Part shown: piece after piece, positions 11,086 through 25,639 of the stretch
Position numbering within the stretch: position 1 is the stretch's first letter
How the letters are laid out: each line of letters begins with the position of its first letter
From: the human T2T-CHM13v2.0 reference genome, Homo sapiens
Length of the DNA: 64,000 nucleotides
Strand: one strand, 5' to 3'
Assembly: GCF_009914755.1 (NCBI RefSeq)
Contig: NC_060926.1
Notes under the pieces: model-generated
Database searches by the model: none
What the model was told of the DNA's origin: nothing
Seen by the model: only the letters and a program-made list of their open reading frames with translations
Position numbers and translations under genes: made by a program

Positions 11086-12300
11086 TCAGTCTTCAGCCGC
11101 TAAGCCAAGAAGGAGTCAGTCAGAGAGCCTTGGGCCAGAGTTCCAGGAGCTCTGGGAGTGGCTGCCAGGTGAGTTGAACAGTCTGATTTTCAGTGGGGTC
11201 CCGCACAGATGGGACGCAGCTTAGGAGGAATCCTGGGCTGCGTGAGTTCCTTGGCCCAGTGGCCAGATTTCCGGTATGTGTAGCAAGTTCCTGGGGGAGG
11301 AGGTTCTGGAGGAACGCCTGGCTGCTACAGTTCAGGCGTTTGGAAGTTCTTGTGTGCTGGAGATGTGGCTGGGGTTTGTCTCACAGTGGAGGCAAGGAAT
11401 TGCAACTTTTTTCTGTTATTGCACACCTTGAAGGTGAGGTTAATTAAGTCCTGTTGTGTGATTTGAGGGCCAGATTTCAGTTTTTGGAGTTTTATTTAAT
11501 GTCGGGAGCAGATTGGGTAATAAAATGTATATTGAGAATAAGATGGCCTTTTGACCTTTTAGGGTCTAGGGCTGTAAAGTGTCTCAGGGTTGCTGCCAAA
11601 TGAGCCATGAACTGGGCTGGGTTTTTATATTTGATGAAAAAGAGCCTAAACGCTATCTGATTTGGGATAAAGAAAAAGGAGCATTAACCTTGACTATGCC
11701 TTTGGCTCCAGCCACCTTTTTAAGAGTAAATTGCTGGGCAGGTGGGGGCAGGCTAGTCATGGAATGAAACTGTAAGCCGGACCAGGTGTGAGGAGGGGAG
11801 GCGATAAAAAGATTATAGGGTGGAGGAGCGGAGGCTGAGGAAGAATTGGGACCTAGCTCGGCCTGGCGACGAGCAGCCTGGGGAGGAGGGGAAAGGTCAG
11901 ATGGGTCTGTAGAAAAGGAAGACCGGAAAGACTCGGCGACGCTTGGGGTTGGGACTGAGGGGACAGGCGGGAGGGAAAGAAGGAGGATCTGGGAGGCATC
12001 GCATTGTGAACAGAGGCTAGGGAGGGAACGAAGTGTGAAAAATGCCTGGACATAAGGCACCTCAGACCATTTGCCCATTTTTCGACAAAAATTATTTAGG
12101 TCTTGTAGGATGGAAAAATCGAAAGTGCCATTTTCTGGCCATTTAGAGCCATTGTCAAGTTTGTATTGGGGCCAAGCAGTGTTGCAGAAGAAAATAAGGC
12201 ATTTAGGTTTTAGGTCAGGTGTGAGTTGAAGAGGTTTTAAGTTCTTAAGGACACAGGCTAAAGGAGAAGAAGGAGGAATGGAGGGTGGAAGGTTACCCAT
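11086..12300 (-). pseudogene. gag: HERV-H gag (disrupted)
   Basis: ATG at 12300 gives MGNLPPSIPPSSPLACVLKNL (MG myristoylation start), a matrix-like WPQYKLDNGSKWPENGT and a PPPY late domain. The frame stops at 11653. A degenerate NC zinc knuckle lies at ~11180-11285, and the natural end LLGLAAED-TGA is at 11086-88. Confidence 0.88.
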
Positions 12301-12890
12301 AGTGAAGGAGGCAAGCCCAGAGAAAAGAGTAGAGACACAGAGAAGGGGTGGAGGGTTCTTGCCCTCCAGAAAAGCAGAGAAGGTGTTGGGGCACGGAAAT
12401 AAGGGATTGGGGCACAGAGATAAGAGGTCAGGGTGCGTAAATAAGGGATTGGTGCACAGAGATAAGAGGTTGGGGTGTGGAAATAAGCAATTGGGGGGTT
12501 CTTGCCCCCTAGGAAAGCGGGACTTGCCGCTAAGGGTGAAGGAGAAGGGGTTGAGGGGTACTTGCCCCTGCCCCAGGAAAGCGGGACTTGCCACTAAGGG
12601 TGAAGGACCAAGGCAGGCGTCCCTGCGTGGTCTGACACCCTTGAAACGTGAGTGTAGAATCAGAGAGGCGTCCCTGCAATGATGAAACACCAAGGGAAGG
12701 CTGCCTTCCCAGTCTGTGACCGGAGCCGGAGTTTTGGGTTCACGGATAAAACATGTCTCTTTTGTCTTTACCAGAAAATGAAAGGAATTGAAATTAAGAG
12801 AAGGGAGAGATTGAAGTGTGGCACCAAGATTGAAAGGAGAAAGAGGTTGAGGGATAGTGAGGGAGGTTGGAGAAGAGAGTAAAAAGAGGC

Positions 12891-12900
12891 CGCTTACCGG
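12891..12900 (-). promoter_or_regulatory. HERV-H major splice donor
   Basis: CCG|GTAAGCG with GT at 12897-12896, about 150 nt downstream of the 5' LTR, where HERV-H carries its leader donor. Confidence 0.75.
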
Positions 12901-13023
12901 ATTTGAAATTGGTGAGATGTTTCTTGGGCTGGTCGGTCTGAGGACCTGAGATCGTAGGTGGATCTTTCTCACGGAGCAAAGAGCAGGAGGATAGGGGATT
13001 GATCTCCCAAGGGAGGTCCCCTG

Positions 13024-13041
13024 ATCCGAGTCATGGCACCA
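13024..13041 (-). promoter_or_regulatory. Primer binding site, tRNA-His
   Basis: TGGTGCCATGACTCGGAT matches the His PBS TGGTGCCGTGACTCGGAT at 17/18 (CpG transition) and sits 2 nt after the 5' LTR. Confidence 0.93.
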
Positions 13042-13043
13042 AA

Positions 13044-13526
13044 TTTCATGCGTGTCTGTGCGAAGAGACCACCAAACAGGGTTTGTGTGAGCAATAAAGC
13101 TTTTAATCACCTGGGTGCAGGCGGGCTGAGTCCGAAAAGAGAGTCAGTGAAGGGAGATAAGCGTGGGGCCATTTTATAGGATTTGGGGAAGGTAAAGGAA
13201 AATTACAGTCAAAGAGAGTTTGTTCTCTGGCGGGCAGGAGTGGGGGTTGCAAGGTGCTCAGTGGGCAGGAGTGGGGGTCGCAAGGTGCTCAGTGGGGGTG
13301 CTTTTTGAGCCAGGATGAGCCAGGAAAAGGACTTTCACAAGGTAATGTCATCAGTTAAGGCAAGGACCGGCCATTTACACTTCTTTTATGGTGGAATGTC
13401 ATCAGTTAAGGTGGGGCAGGGCATATTCACTTTTTTTGTGATTCTTTGGTTACTTCAGGCCATCTGAGCATATAAGTGCAGGTCACAGGGGATGTGATGT
13501 CTTGGCTTGGGCTCAGAGGCCTGACA
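13044..13526 (-). repeat. HERV-H 5' LTR (promoter; LTR7 family, possibly type Ia/LTR7Y)
   Basis: TGTCAGGCCTCTGAGCCCAAG start, TATAAAA at 13172-13178, U3 repeats with 31-bp and 51-bp periods, ending GCATGAAA. Confidence 0.97.
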
Positions 13527-14352
13527 GTTGGATAACAGTTCATGAAAGTTTTTCACTGCATTATTGACTTAAGGATTCAGCACCATTTGGGATTTCCTCT
13601 TGGCTAGAAGTTGGATTTCTATACAATTTCCTTTTTCTGTGGGCAGTGTTCCCCAAACTTAGCTGGATAAAGATGTTATTTGAGAATACAGATTCTGGAA
13701 TGCACTTCAGATCTCCAGGTCAGCACCTTGGAAACTCGGTCTTCAAGGATCTTTGTGATTGCCCAAATATAGAAAAACAATGCTGTATTTTTTTTATTCT
13801 TTGCCAGAAATTAGATAATTTTTTATTTCTTTTCTACGAAGACCAAAAAATGAACATGAAAGATAGTTAGAATATATTTGGCTTGACTACAGAGATAGAA
13901 ATGATGCTAAATAATTTAACAGGAAACTTAGGACCGTAAGAATAAGCTACTAAAGAACATTATGTCAAGCACAAACAAGGTAAGGACTTGCTTGAGATAC
14001 ATTTGGTCAAATGCTGTAGGCGTATGAGAGATGAAACTTAAGATTCTCAATTTCCTCTTGTGTCAAGATCAACTTTCCTCTTGTACGGCTGTACCTAATT
14101 TAGTATGTGCACTACTGAAAGATGTGTTGATTCAAAGTGACATGTGCACAATGCATTTCTTAGTTTGCAGTCTTTGTTTATAAAATTATCTCTAAAGTAG
14201 TTGCTTAGAGCCATATAAATATATTCTAGGAGATGTAGTAAGTCGTTGAAATGGTTAATATGCTTTTAGATTTTTATGATATGATTTAAAAAATCCATTT
14301 GAAATAACAGCAGAACAGTTCAAATAGTCCTATCTTAAATTCTGGAAGTAGA

Positions 14353-14922
<570 letters not shown>

Positions 14923-15498
14923 CTAAGTTTAGAAAAAAGGTTGTATCTCACTCATAACTTTCTATCATCTCAATGATATCTATCTTATTTTATAATGGAA
15001 GCTATAACTCAAGACACATATAAAATTTAGGGAATGTTAGGCAGTATAAAAAAACTAAAGAACAAATCAAGCTATAGATAGGAATGCCAGAGACTCTAAT
15101 ATTATCCCACTTTTTAAAAGAACTTGAGGGGCACTACCTCTTACAGTATTCATGGTTGTCTGAAACGTGAAATTGAATATCAAGTCCTAAAAAATTCAAA
15201 TTCCCTTTCTTCATGCAATCCCAATTCCCCTAAATAGGAAGCACTTAAAAATAATTTGTAACCAAAAAAATCTCAGTAATGCCCAGGTTTCAGTAATATG
15301 CCAGGTCAGAGAGAGGTGGATCCATTCCTTTATTTAAATTAAGTTTGTGTCATGATATCTTCATTATACTAAGGGAAAAGTAAGGTTTAAAAATAGAAAT
15401 TCATGGTTGTTTTGTGTTGTTTTTAGTTGTAGCTGTTGTTTGCTCTCCATGTTTTATTTTTACGTACTTTCAAATTTACAGAAAAGTTGTAAGAGTGC

Positions 15499-15875
15499 TG
15501 TTATGGATGGGATGTTTGTATCCCTTCCAAATTCATATGTTGAAATCCTAATCCCCAATGTAATGTATTGGGGAGTAGGGATTTGGGGAGGCATTGAGGT
15601 CATCAGGGTGGAGCCCTCATAAGTAGGATTAGTGCAGTTATATATGGGACCCCAGAGAGCTCTCTTGACCTCTTTTGCCAAGTGAGGATACAATGAGAAG
15701 ATGGCAGCCTGCGCCGTAGAAGAGGATGCTCGCCACAACCCAACCACGCTGGCACCCTGATCTTAAGCTCCCAGACTCCGTAACTGTAAGAAATACATTT
15801 CTATTATTCATAAGCCCCCTAATCTATGGTGTGTGTATATGTATTCTTTTAATATACTAGCCCAAACTGACTAAG
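15499..15875 (+). mobile_element. MaLR solo LTR (MLT1A-like)
   Basis: TGTTATGGATGGGATGTTTGTATCCC...ATTCATATGTTGAAATCCTAATCCCCAATG...GCTGGCACCCTGATCTT...CCAAACTGACTAAG. Confidence 0.75.
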
Positions 15876-16786
15876 TAGTACAGAAAATTTTCAAAAACCC
15901 TTCACTCAAATCCCCCAAATATTACATTTTACCTTGTTTGCTTTATCTTTCAAACATCTTTTTCCCTGAATCATTTAAGCCTATGGTCTGGAAATGATGC
16001 CCTTCACCACTAAATCCTCCAAATCACCATGGATCCAAAACCTGCTAGCTGGGTGAGTCTCCAGACCCTCTGAAGGATAAAGGCCCATAACATCTCTCCC
16101 TTGGCTTTCAGATCAACATTTGGTTCCAGTTTCTAATAGCTGGAACATCTCCTTAGAAATTTGGAGCAGCTTCTGGACTTCTCTGAAAGCAAGAACAGAG
16201 TAACTATTGTCCACTCTACCAGAGCCTTTGCTTTCTAATGCTTTTCAACATTTAAAGCCACTCCAGTATTTTAAAAAATACAGCTCTTCTTTTACCTTAG
16301 TTGCTGACCTAATTTAGCTGAACACATTTCATTAAATATTTATTAAACATCAGTTCGTGGAAGCACTGTATCAAATGGGTACACAAGGGCAATGCCCACT
16401 GGGCAGGTTTCCAGCTCATCAAAAAGCACAGCTCTGAATTAAGAGGGTGGCTGAGGCTCTGAAAGGAATAAGGGCAACAGTGAACTTGACTATTTGAAAA
16501 AATGTTCTGTGATAATAGTAGGAAATAAAAAAAGATGAGTTAAAGAAGCGGAACCAGGAACATGATAAGCACAGCATAAGATCAGCTATATTTCATCTTC
16601 CTGTGTAGGTACTGGAATATGATCTTTTCATTTAATTTGCAATTGTTCATTTTCTTGACAACAAAAGGCAGATCCAAGTGTTGTGGAGGCTGAAGATTAT
16701 ATAATTTGGGAGTTTCTCATTAAAAAAAAAATGAGAACACAAAATAAAGTGTAAAAATAAATACTTAAAATGATCATTTTATCTCA

Positions 16787-17131
<345 letters not shown>

Positions 17132-20100
17132 TGTAATAGTAATTTTGTTAATTAACTGACATGTCTCTATAATATTTTTTTCTGCATTGTTTAGCTGGAT
17201 GCTCTCTTCATATAACAAGTACTTTCCACACAGAGAATATAAAAAATAATTCCATCTTACCTCTAGCATAATTGGATACAATTTTTATCAATAATAAATA
17301 AATTGACTCCATCATTAGAGCCAATTTAAACAATTCTTTAAATTTCCCCCTATAATTATATCCTTGATCTTCTTGACAGTACAGGCAAAATTTTCCTGTA
17401 ATTAACAATGAGAGGGTCAAGTCCCCTCTTGGAGGAATTTATCAGAGTCTTTCCAAACGTGGAACCTTTTGTTAGAGTGAGTGTAAAAAAAAAGAACAAG
17501 AGGACCTCAGGACATGGGAGAGAAAGAAGGACAATGAAAATAAACAATAGCCTTAAAAATAGAAGCGGAAAACAGAGCTAGGTGAGAAGATGCTGAAACT
17601 ATCTTTACTGAACACCGACTCTTAAGGCTTTTGGTAACTTTTTCTCTTCTCCCATCACAAAATAAATATGAATGCCAAAGGGCAGGCACACTTCCACTGT
17701 TGAGAGAAACAGATCTAAAAATAAGTAGGAAGCAGACAAGAACGAGCAATGAACATGATGAGAACCATGGTGTTTACTTTTAGGTTAACTATGGAGGCAT
17801 GTAGGCACAGATGGAGGAAGTTAGTTTATCTTTGCTGCTGCACTTAAAAAATAAAAACCAAAAATATAAATGCCATCAAAACATTGACTCTTCTCTAACC
17901 AAAATTTTTGGTTTTATATTTAAGGCCAAGCCCATTTAGAAGAAAAGCACATTCATTTGGGTTTTGTGGTTTGGAGAAAGGACTGCCAGAGAGGAGGTGA
18001 AAGCCACAGTGGAGCATTCCTGGACAATCCATTGCAGGCTTGGGAGATCACCATGCAGGCAGCTCCTGCTCCATAATAGCCAAAATAGCAACATGACCAC
18101 AAATAATTCAAAGGCTGAAACATTTTGTTCCCACCAGTTCAAACTCTCCTGCTTCTGTCAAATGGCTGGTAATCCTATCTCCTCTACTAAGCCTTTCCTA
18201 AATGAAACAGTGGCAACTCCTTTTGAATTCTACTATTTATTACATAAACACACAATTCCCGTGGTTCCCTTATCACTCCATTAAATGCACTTGCCCTCTG
18301 ATTGAAGCACAATGCAAATCCTTTTATGCTACATTTGTTCAATGCTTGTTGCCTTGACTGTATATAGCCTTAATATCCGGTAGGTGCTTCTAACTTATTG
18401 TAAGTTCCACATCTAATTCACAAAGTATTTTGCTTAGCAATGCCTCTTATGATGCAAATAAACTAGTATTTATCACGAGTGCTTTAGGATACAGACAAGA
18501 AGACTATTTTAGAGAAAATAAGAATTAAATAATGGTAAGGAAAGCAAACCACCCCTGCGATGTGCATGCTCTCCACCACCACCCCTTTTCCCTCCCTGGA
18601 TGGTGTCTCACTCTCCACCTCCTTTTTGTCACTTGTCCTTGGTCACACATCAATCTGCCCTCAGCCCTCCAGAGAAGACTTATTCTTCCTGACTGAAATG
18701 TTATTTCTCCCTTGTTCATCTAACCTTGTTCCTTTTTATTAAGTGCTTTATATATACGGAAGACTACATAAATTATGTCTTCACGTTAAATAATAGTAAT
18801 ACAATGAACACCTGTGCATCCACTTTAAGAAATAGAATGTATCTTTGAAGTCTTTGTGTGTACTGTCATGCTCGTGTCCTTCCACATTCCAAGGTAACCA
18901 TATTCCTAGTTTAGTGTTAATCACTGTCTTGGGGGTTAGTCCAAGTCTTGCTATTCTTTAGAGTTTTACTACCTATTTCTCCCTAACAATACATATATTT
19001 AGTTTGAAAAAAAACTCAGAGCAATCGCAAGCCTAGTGGAGTAAGAGAAAGATCAACATTGACACTAAGAGAGGACATGTCCCAGAAGATGAGCTAACAG
19101 AGGCTCTCCGTTACAGCATGGCTTCAGTTTCCCCAGGACTTTACAAAAGTCATTTGCAGGGAAGTCAGAAGGAGAGAGACTGGGGATGTCGGGCTCTCTA
19201 AGACAGGGCATTGGGGTGGTCTGTGAATGTGAGTCTGGAGCTGGAGGTCTCCAACCATAAGGACATGAGAGGTGGCAGCTCTGCCTTCTCCACTTCTGAG
19301 TTCACCACAGCCCACCTCCTGCTCTTCAGAGTAGGTGGAAGATCACCCTCTTTTGCCCCATCTGAAGAAGAAACTCCAGATTACTAATGGGAAGCTGAAG
19401 GGCAGTCAGCCAGGCTGACTCTAAGTTGTCCTTCAAAATGTAGCTCAGGGTTTCCTCTTCCAGCAGAACTTTTCTGACACCCACATGCAATGACCAGGGT
19501 CAACCTTTTAACCCCCTGTGCACTCTGTGCTAACCCCTATCAACAGCTCTCCCTCCTACTGCTGTCCCTCTTCCTTATTAAACTGGATGTTCTTCGAGGG
19601 AATAAATTATCTTATCAATTTTACTAATAATAACAGTATCATCTGATATTTGCTTTATTTTATAAATGTGGACAAACCTCATTAACATTAAATACCAAGA
19701 TTTAAAAATTGTAAGGCAGAATATGTGTTCTTGTTACTCCGAATTTATTGGAAATAAAGAATTTTGAGTGTCTCTTCTATTAAAGAAGTTCTGTGAGTGT
19801 TCCTTGCATTCTTCTTTCTTCAGGCATGCCTCATCTCATAACATTTCAGTTACTGTGTCATTTGCACAGTTGAGACCTTTCCACATGGATACACGTGAAA
19901 TAAAGGTGTTACAAAAAGTAGTATTTTTCACTTTACTTTGTGCCTAAAAACAAATACACGTGTATGGTACTACATAAATTAAAAAATATGATTTAATTAT
20001 CTTCTACTTTTTATAACACGCCTGGAAATTGTTTTTACTTTTATAATTAGGAGGTGAACAGCAGGTCTACAAAATATTAACAGAAAAAGCTAATACCTTT

Positions 20101-20559
20101 TAATTAAACTTTTCTAACTATAACTTTCAAGATAAGTACCTACACTGTTTTAAAGTAAGCTATAAAATTAAAGTTAGTAAAAAGAAAAAAAAGATATTAA
20201 TATATCAGACATTACCTCACCATCCAGAATTAACCAGGTTATAATGCTGCATATCCTCCCTGATATCATGTATTTTTAAATAAAATCATTCTGAATATTC
20301 TGGTCTTTACCTGATTTATTTCATTCAACATATCCCGGTTATCTCCCCATTTCAATAAATGCACTTCTAAAGCCATAATGTTTAATGTCTGTATATGAAT
20401 CTCTAAGCATGTAGTAAAATCATAATGCAAAATAAATAAAAATAAACACAAAATTCAGAAGACTGGGTGTTTTTTTAATGAGAGAATTGGATTTGTTAAG
20501 GGTTTAGCCATGATTCCAAACACACACATATTTTTCATTATTTGTATACCGTACATGTT

Positions 20560-21120
20560 TTATATCTAAAAATTTCCATATGAATATTATATTATTTCAT
20601 AATATATGAAAAAAGCACTCATTCCAATAAGTGTTTGTATTTTTTCCCATCTTTTACTAAACAAACCCCTGACAAATATTCTTCTATTAAAATGTTGCAA
20701 ATATCCTCTTTTTAATCCTAGGATAAATTTCTAGAAATAGAATTGCTGAGCAAAATGGTTTGTACAATTTTAAGGCCATTAATATATATTACTAAACTGC
20801 CACCCAGCAAAGTAATGTCAATTTCTATTCCCATCAGCAATGAATGAGAGTCATTTTCTCTCATTCTTTGCCAACACTGAACATAATGAAGAAGAAAAAA
20901 ATCTCTGCCAATTTGATCAGTGAAAATTTGTGTTTCATATTTTCTCTAACTTGCATTTCTTTAACTACTAGTGTGATTAAACCTTTTTAAAGTTTTTACC
21001 CATTTTTTACTTTTTCTTCTATTAATTGCTTATTAATGGTTTTTATTCTGTTAGGGTATTATTATTCTTATGTATTTATAAGGTTATATAATTAAAGATT
21101 TCGAACTTTTGTCTGTCTAA
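20560..21120 (-). mobile_element. Old L1M (L1ME-like) fragment
   Basis: Degenerate antisense L1 3' motifs (GGATAAATTTCTAGAAATAGAATTGCTG, ATTCCCATCAGCAATGAATGAGAGT). Confidence 0.55.
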
Positions 21121-21122
21121 TT

Positions 21123-21627
21123 TGTGGTAGGCAGAATAAGGCTTCCCCCAAATGTCCACATCTTAGTCCTCAGAAAGCCTCCAAACATCTTATGTTACAT
21201 GACAAAAGGGAATGGAGGTTATAGATGGAACTGAGGTTGCTAATCAACTGACCTAAAATAGGGAGATTATCTTGGATTATCCAGCGGACTAAATGGAATT
21301 ACAAGGTTCTTAGAAGTAGGAGAGAGGTGGAGGAGGGATCAGAGTCAGAGAGAGGCTTGAAAGCGCTGTACTGCTGGCTTAAAGATGGAGGAATGGAGCC
21401 ACAAACCAAGAAATGCTGGGGGGCTCTAGAAGCTGGAAATGGCAAAGAAATAGATGCGCTCTTGAAGCTTGCAGAAGAACACAGCTCTGCCAGCATCTTG
21501 ATTTTTGTCAAATGAGACTCATTTCAGACTTCTGATCTCCAGAACTGTAAGATAAATAGATTTGTGTTGCTTTAAGCCACCTATTGTGTGATAATTTGTT
21601 GTAATGGAAATGGGAAACTGATTCACA
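21123..21627 (+). mobile_element. MaLR solo LTR (MLT1D/E-like)
   Basis: TGTGGTAGGCAGAATAAGGC...GGGAGATTATCTTGGATTATCCAG...GACTTCTGATCTCCAGAACTGTAAGAT...GGAAACTGATTCACA. Confidence 0.75.
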
Positions 21628-21899
21628 AGTTGCAAATGTTTTCCCGATTTTTATATACATAATCTTTACAAAGCAATCAAAATGTCCCTTATATTTAGTA
21701 CCATTTTAAAATGTATTCATTATACCTCTTCTATGTTCAACTACAGTGAAGCAGATAAAATTTGACCAAAAATACAATTTTTTTTTTCTTTAAAAAAGGA
21801 GGGGGTTTCCTCTTCACCCTTTCTTTCTCCTTTTCTTTTCCCTTTGCTTGGAGGTGGCTGGGAGCTGAGGAAGCTAGAAGAACAAGGAGAAAATGGCTG

Positions 21900-23620
<1,721 letters not shown>

Positions 23621-23623
23621 AGT

Positions 23624-23662
23624 GTGCATGTGTGTGTATGTGTGTGTGTGTGTATGTGTGTG
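23624..23662. repeat. (TG)n microsatellite, interrupted
   Basis: Directly visible TGTG run with TA interruptions. Confidence 0.85.
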
Positions 23663-24081
23663 AACTTTCATGCCACAAATATTTATTCAAGCCTATAAGA
23701 GATGCTAATCACTGCAAACTAAATATTGATAATCCAAGAATTTAAAAAATGTAATAGTTAATACTTTATCTTAGTGGGCAATTAAAAATAGAAACAATGC
23801 CTAGAAAAATAGTTTTACACAAGAGGTAATTAAAATGGGCCTAGAAGACCATAGATTTCAAACATTAAGGAAAGTAATAAGCAATAGGCAAAATATGGTA
23901 GTGTAAAAGTGAATGGCATTTCAGGGAATAATGAGGTCAGTACGTTAGATGTAAGTGATGAGAAGGAATATAGCGAGGGGAAGAAATCCCTAAAAAAAAA
24001 GAAGAAAAGAAAAAAACCTAGAGGCCAAATTATGACACTAGAGCCTTTGGACAGTATCTGCTCGAAGATTAGAAGCCGCTG

Positions 24082-24195
24082 TAGCTGGGCATGGTGGCTC
24101 GTGTCTGTAATCCCAGCACCTTGTGGGCAAAGGCAAGAGGATTGCTTGAGACCAGGAGTTTGAGACCAGCCTGGGCCACATAGCGAGACCTCATC

Positions 24196-24228
<33 letters not shown>

Positions 24229-24369
24229 AAAAATTAGCCAGATGTGATGGTGTGCACCTGTGGTCCCAGCTACTTGGGAAGCTGAGGTGGGAGGATGAGG
24301 CTGCAGTGAGCCGTGGTTGCATCCATGCGCTCCAGCATGGATGACAGAGAAAAACTTTGTCTCAAAAAA
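24082..24369 (+). mobile_element. Alu (AluJ-like) with expanded central A-run
   Basis: Alu arms separated by a long A tract at 24199-24226; the right arm has an internal deletion. Confidence 0.85.
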
Positions 24370-25639
24370 GAGAAAGTCATTGTAGGCTTTTAGTGGGCAA
24401 ATGATGTATTCAAGTCTGTAAGTTATTAATCAAATGCAGTTTAAATATAAAAGCCCATATAAAAATATAGTTTAAGAAATAAGCACCAGAACAAACAATT
24501 TCTGAAACATTTTCAGTGGATTATTTCCAATGGAAATAGATAAAAATGTGTCCAATTAAAGAATCCATTATAAAAATAGGTTATAAGATAAAAATGTAAA
24601 CATTCTTCATACTCAGCATCTCCAAGTACTCAAAGATCCCAGAGTCATAGCACTTTAAAACTAATGTGATTTTTATAAAGGAGTGGAAAATATGCTTAGC
24701 ATGCAGCATAAAAAAGTAAAAATATTAATCTGTGCTTTTTAATATGGCAGGGAACATCTATTCTTTCATTTAAACTGGAGTCTCGCCTTCTCCACAAAGA
24801 CACAGGGAGAGGAAAATAATTGACAAGAATAGGAAGTGAAGAATTTATGATTCTCAATAAAAGTATGTATTGAAACAAAATCAGTACTACACGTCTTCTA
24901 AAAATTGCTGCTGGATGGCCTAATAAAGTCTAGGTGCATGCAAGACAGCTGAAAAATGTACTTGTTACCACAAGAGGGAAGGTGTTTCTCCAAGTGCTTT
25001 GCAGCAATCTACCAAAGTTTTGAAGTTGGGGCAGTAGAGTTGACTGACATACCCTGAAGCCATCTCAGTATCAGTCTAGTGGTAGGGCAGGAAAGCTGAG
25101 AGAAGTCCCTCTGATATGCATTAGAACTTCACCAGCTGCCAACTGAAAGCTGAGTGAAAGGCCAAGAGAAGTATCCCAAGTTGCAGAAAAGTGGGGGCCA
25201 TACTACAGAGAAAATATAACTCCCAAGTGACCTAAAGAGTTGGACAGTTTAGTTATAAAGCAGAAAGACCTCTTCCATGATTTGAAAAACAGGTGTCTGT
25301 GCCATAAAGTATAAAGAGATCTGAAATCTCACTGGTGTATAATCCTCAAGCTCTGCTGAAGACCCTAATTCTGCCCTCAGAATACTTTTATACAATAGTG
25401 AGCTGAATCTTATTAAAGTTATAATAAAATTCAAATGTTGCTTAAGAACAGATTAAATTGACCCAATTCCCAACTCCAGCAGCTTGACAGAGGAGCATGC
25501 CCTTTTCTGTAGATAAATATTGTCAGTCTCTACTGTTTTTTCATATACAATGCTCAGTATAAGACCAATAACAAAAAAGACAAGCAGGAAAGTGTTACCC
25601 CCATGACATGCAATTTACTCATGTAACAAATCTGCACAT

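Larger units (their letters stand above)
4878..13526 (-). mobile_element. Full-length HERV-H provirus with open env (HERV-H/env62, 2q24.3-type)
   Basis: Two 483-bp LTR7-family LTRs (TGTCAGGCC...GCATGAAA), His PBS, gag-pro-pol-env order and a PPT. Imperfect 5-bp TSD: GTTTG (4873-4877) and GTTGG (13527-13531). At 8,649 bp it is not the common ~5.8-kb deleted form. Confidence 0.97.

Noticed and set aside
5858-12882. Plus-strand ORFs antisense to HERV-H (e.g. 9491-9904, 12278-12682)
   Set aside because: They are short shadows of sense coding frames in G-rich, stop-poor sequence, with no motif support for an antisense protein.
13024-13041. tRNA-His-like sequence
   Set aside because: It is only the 18-nt retroviral PBS, not a tRNA gene.
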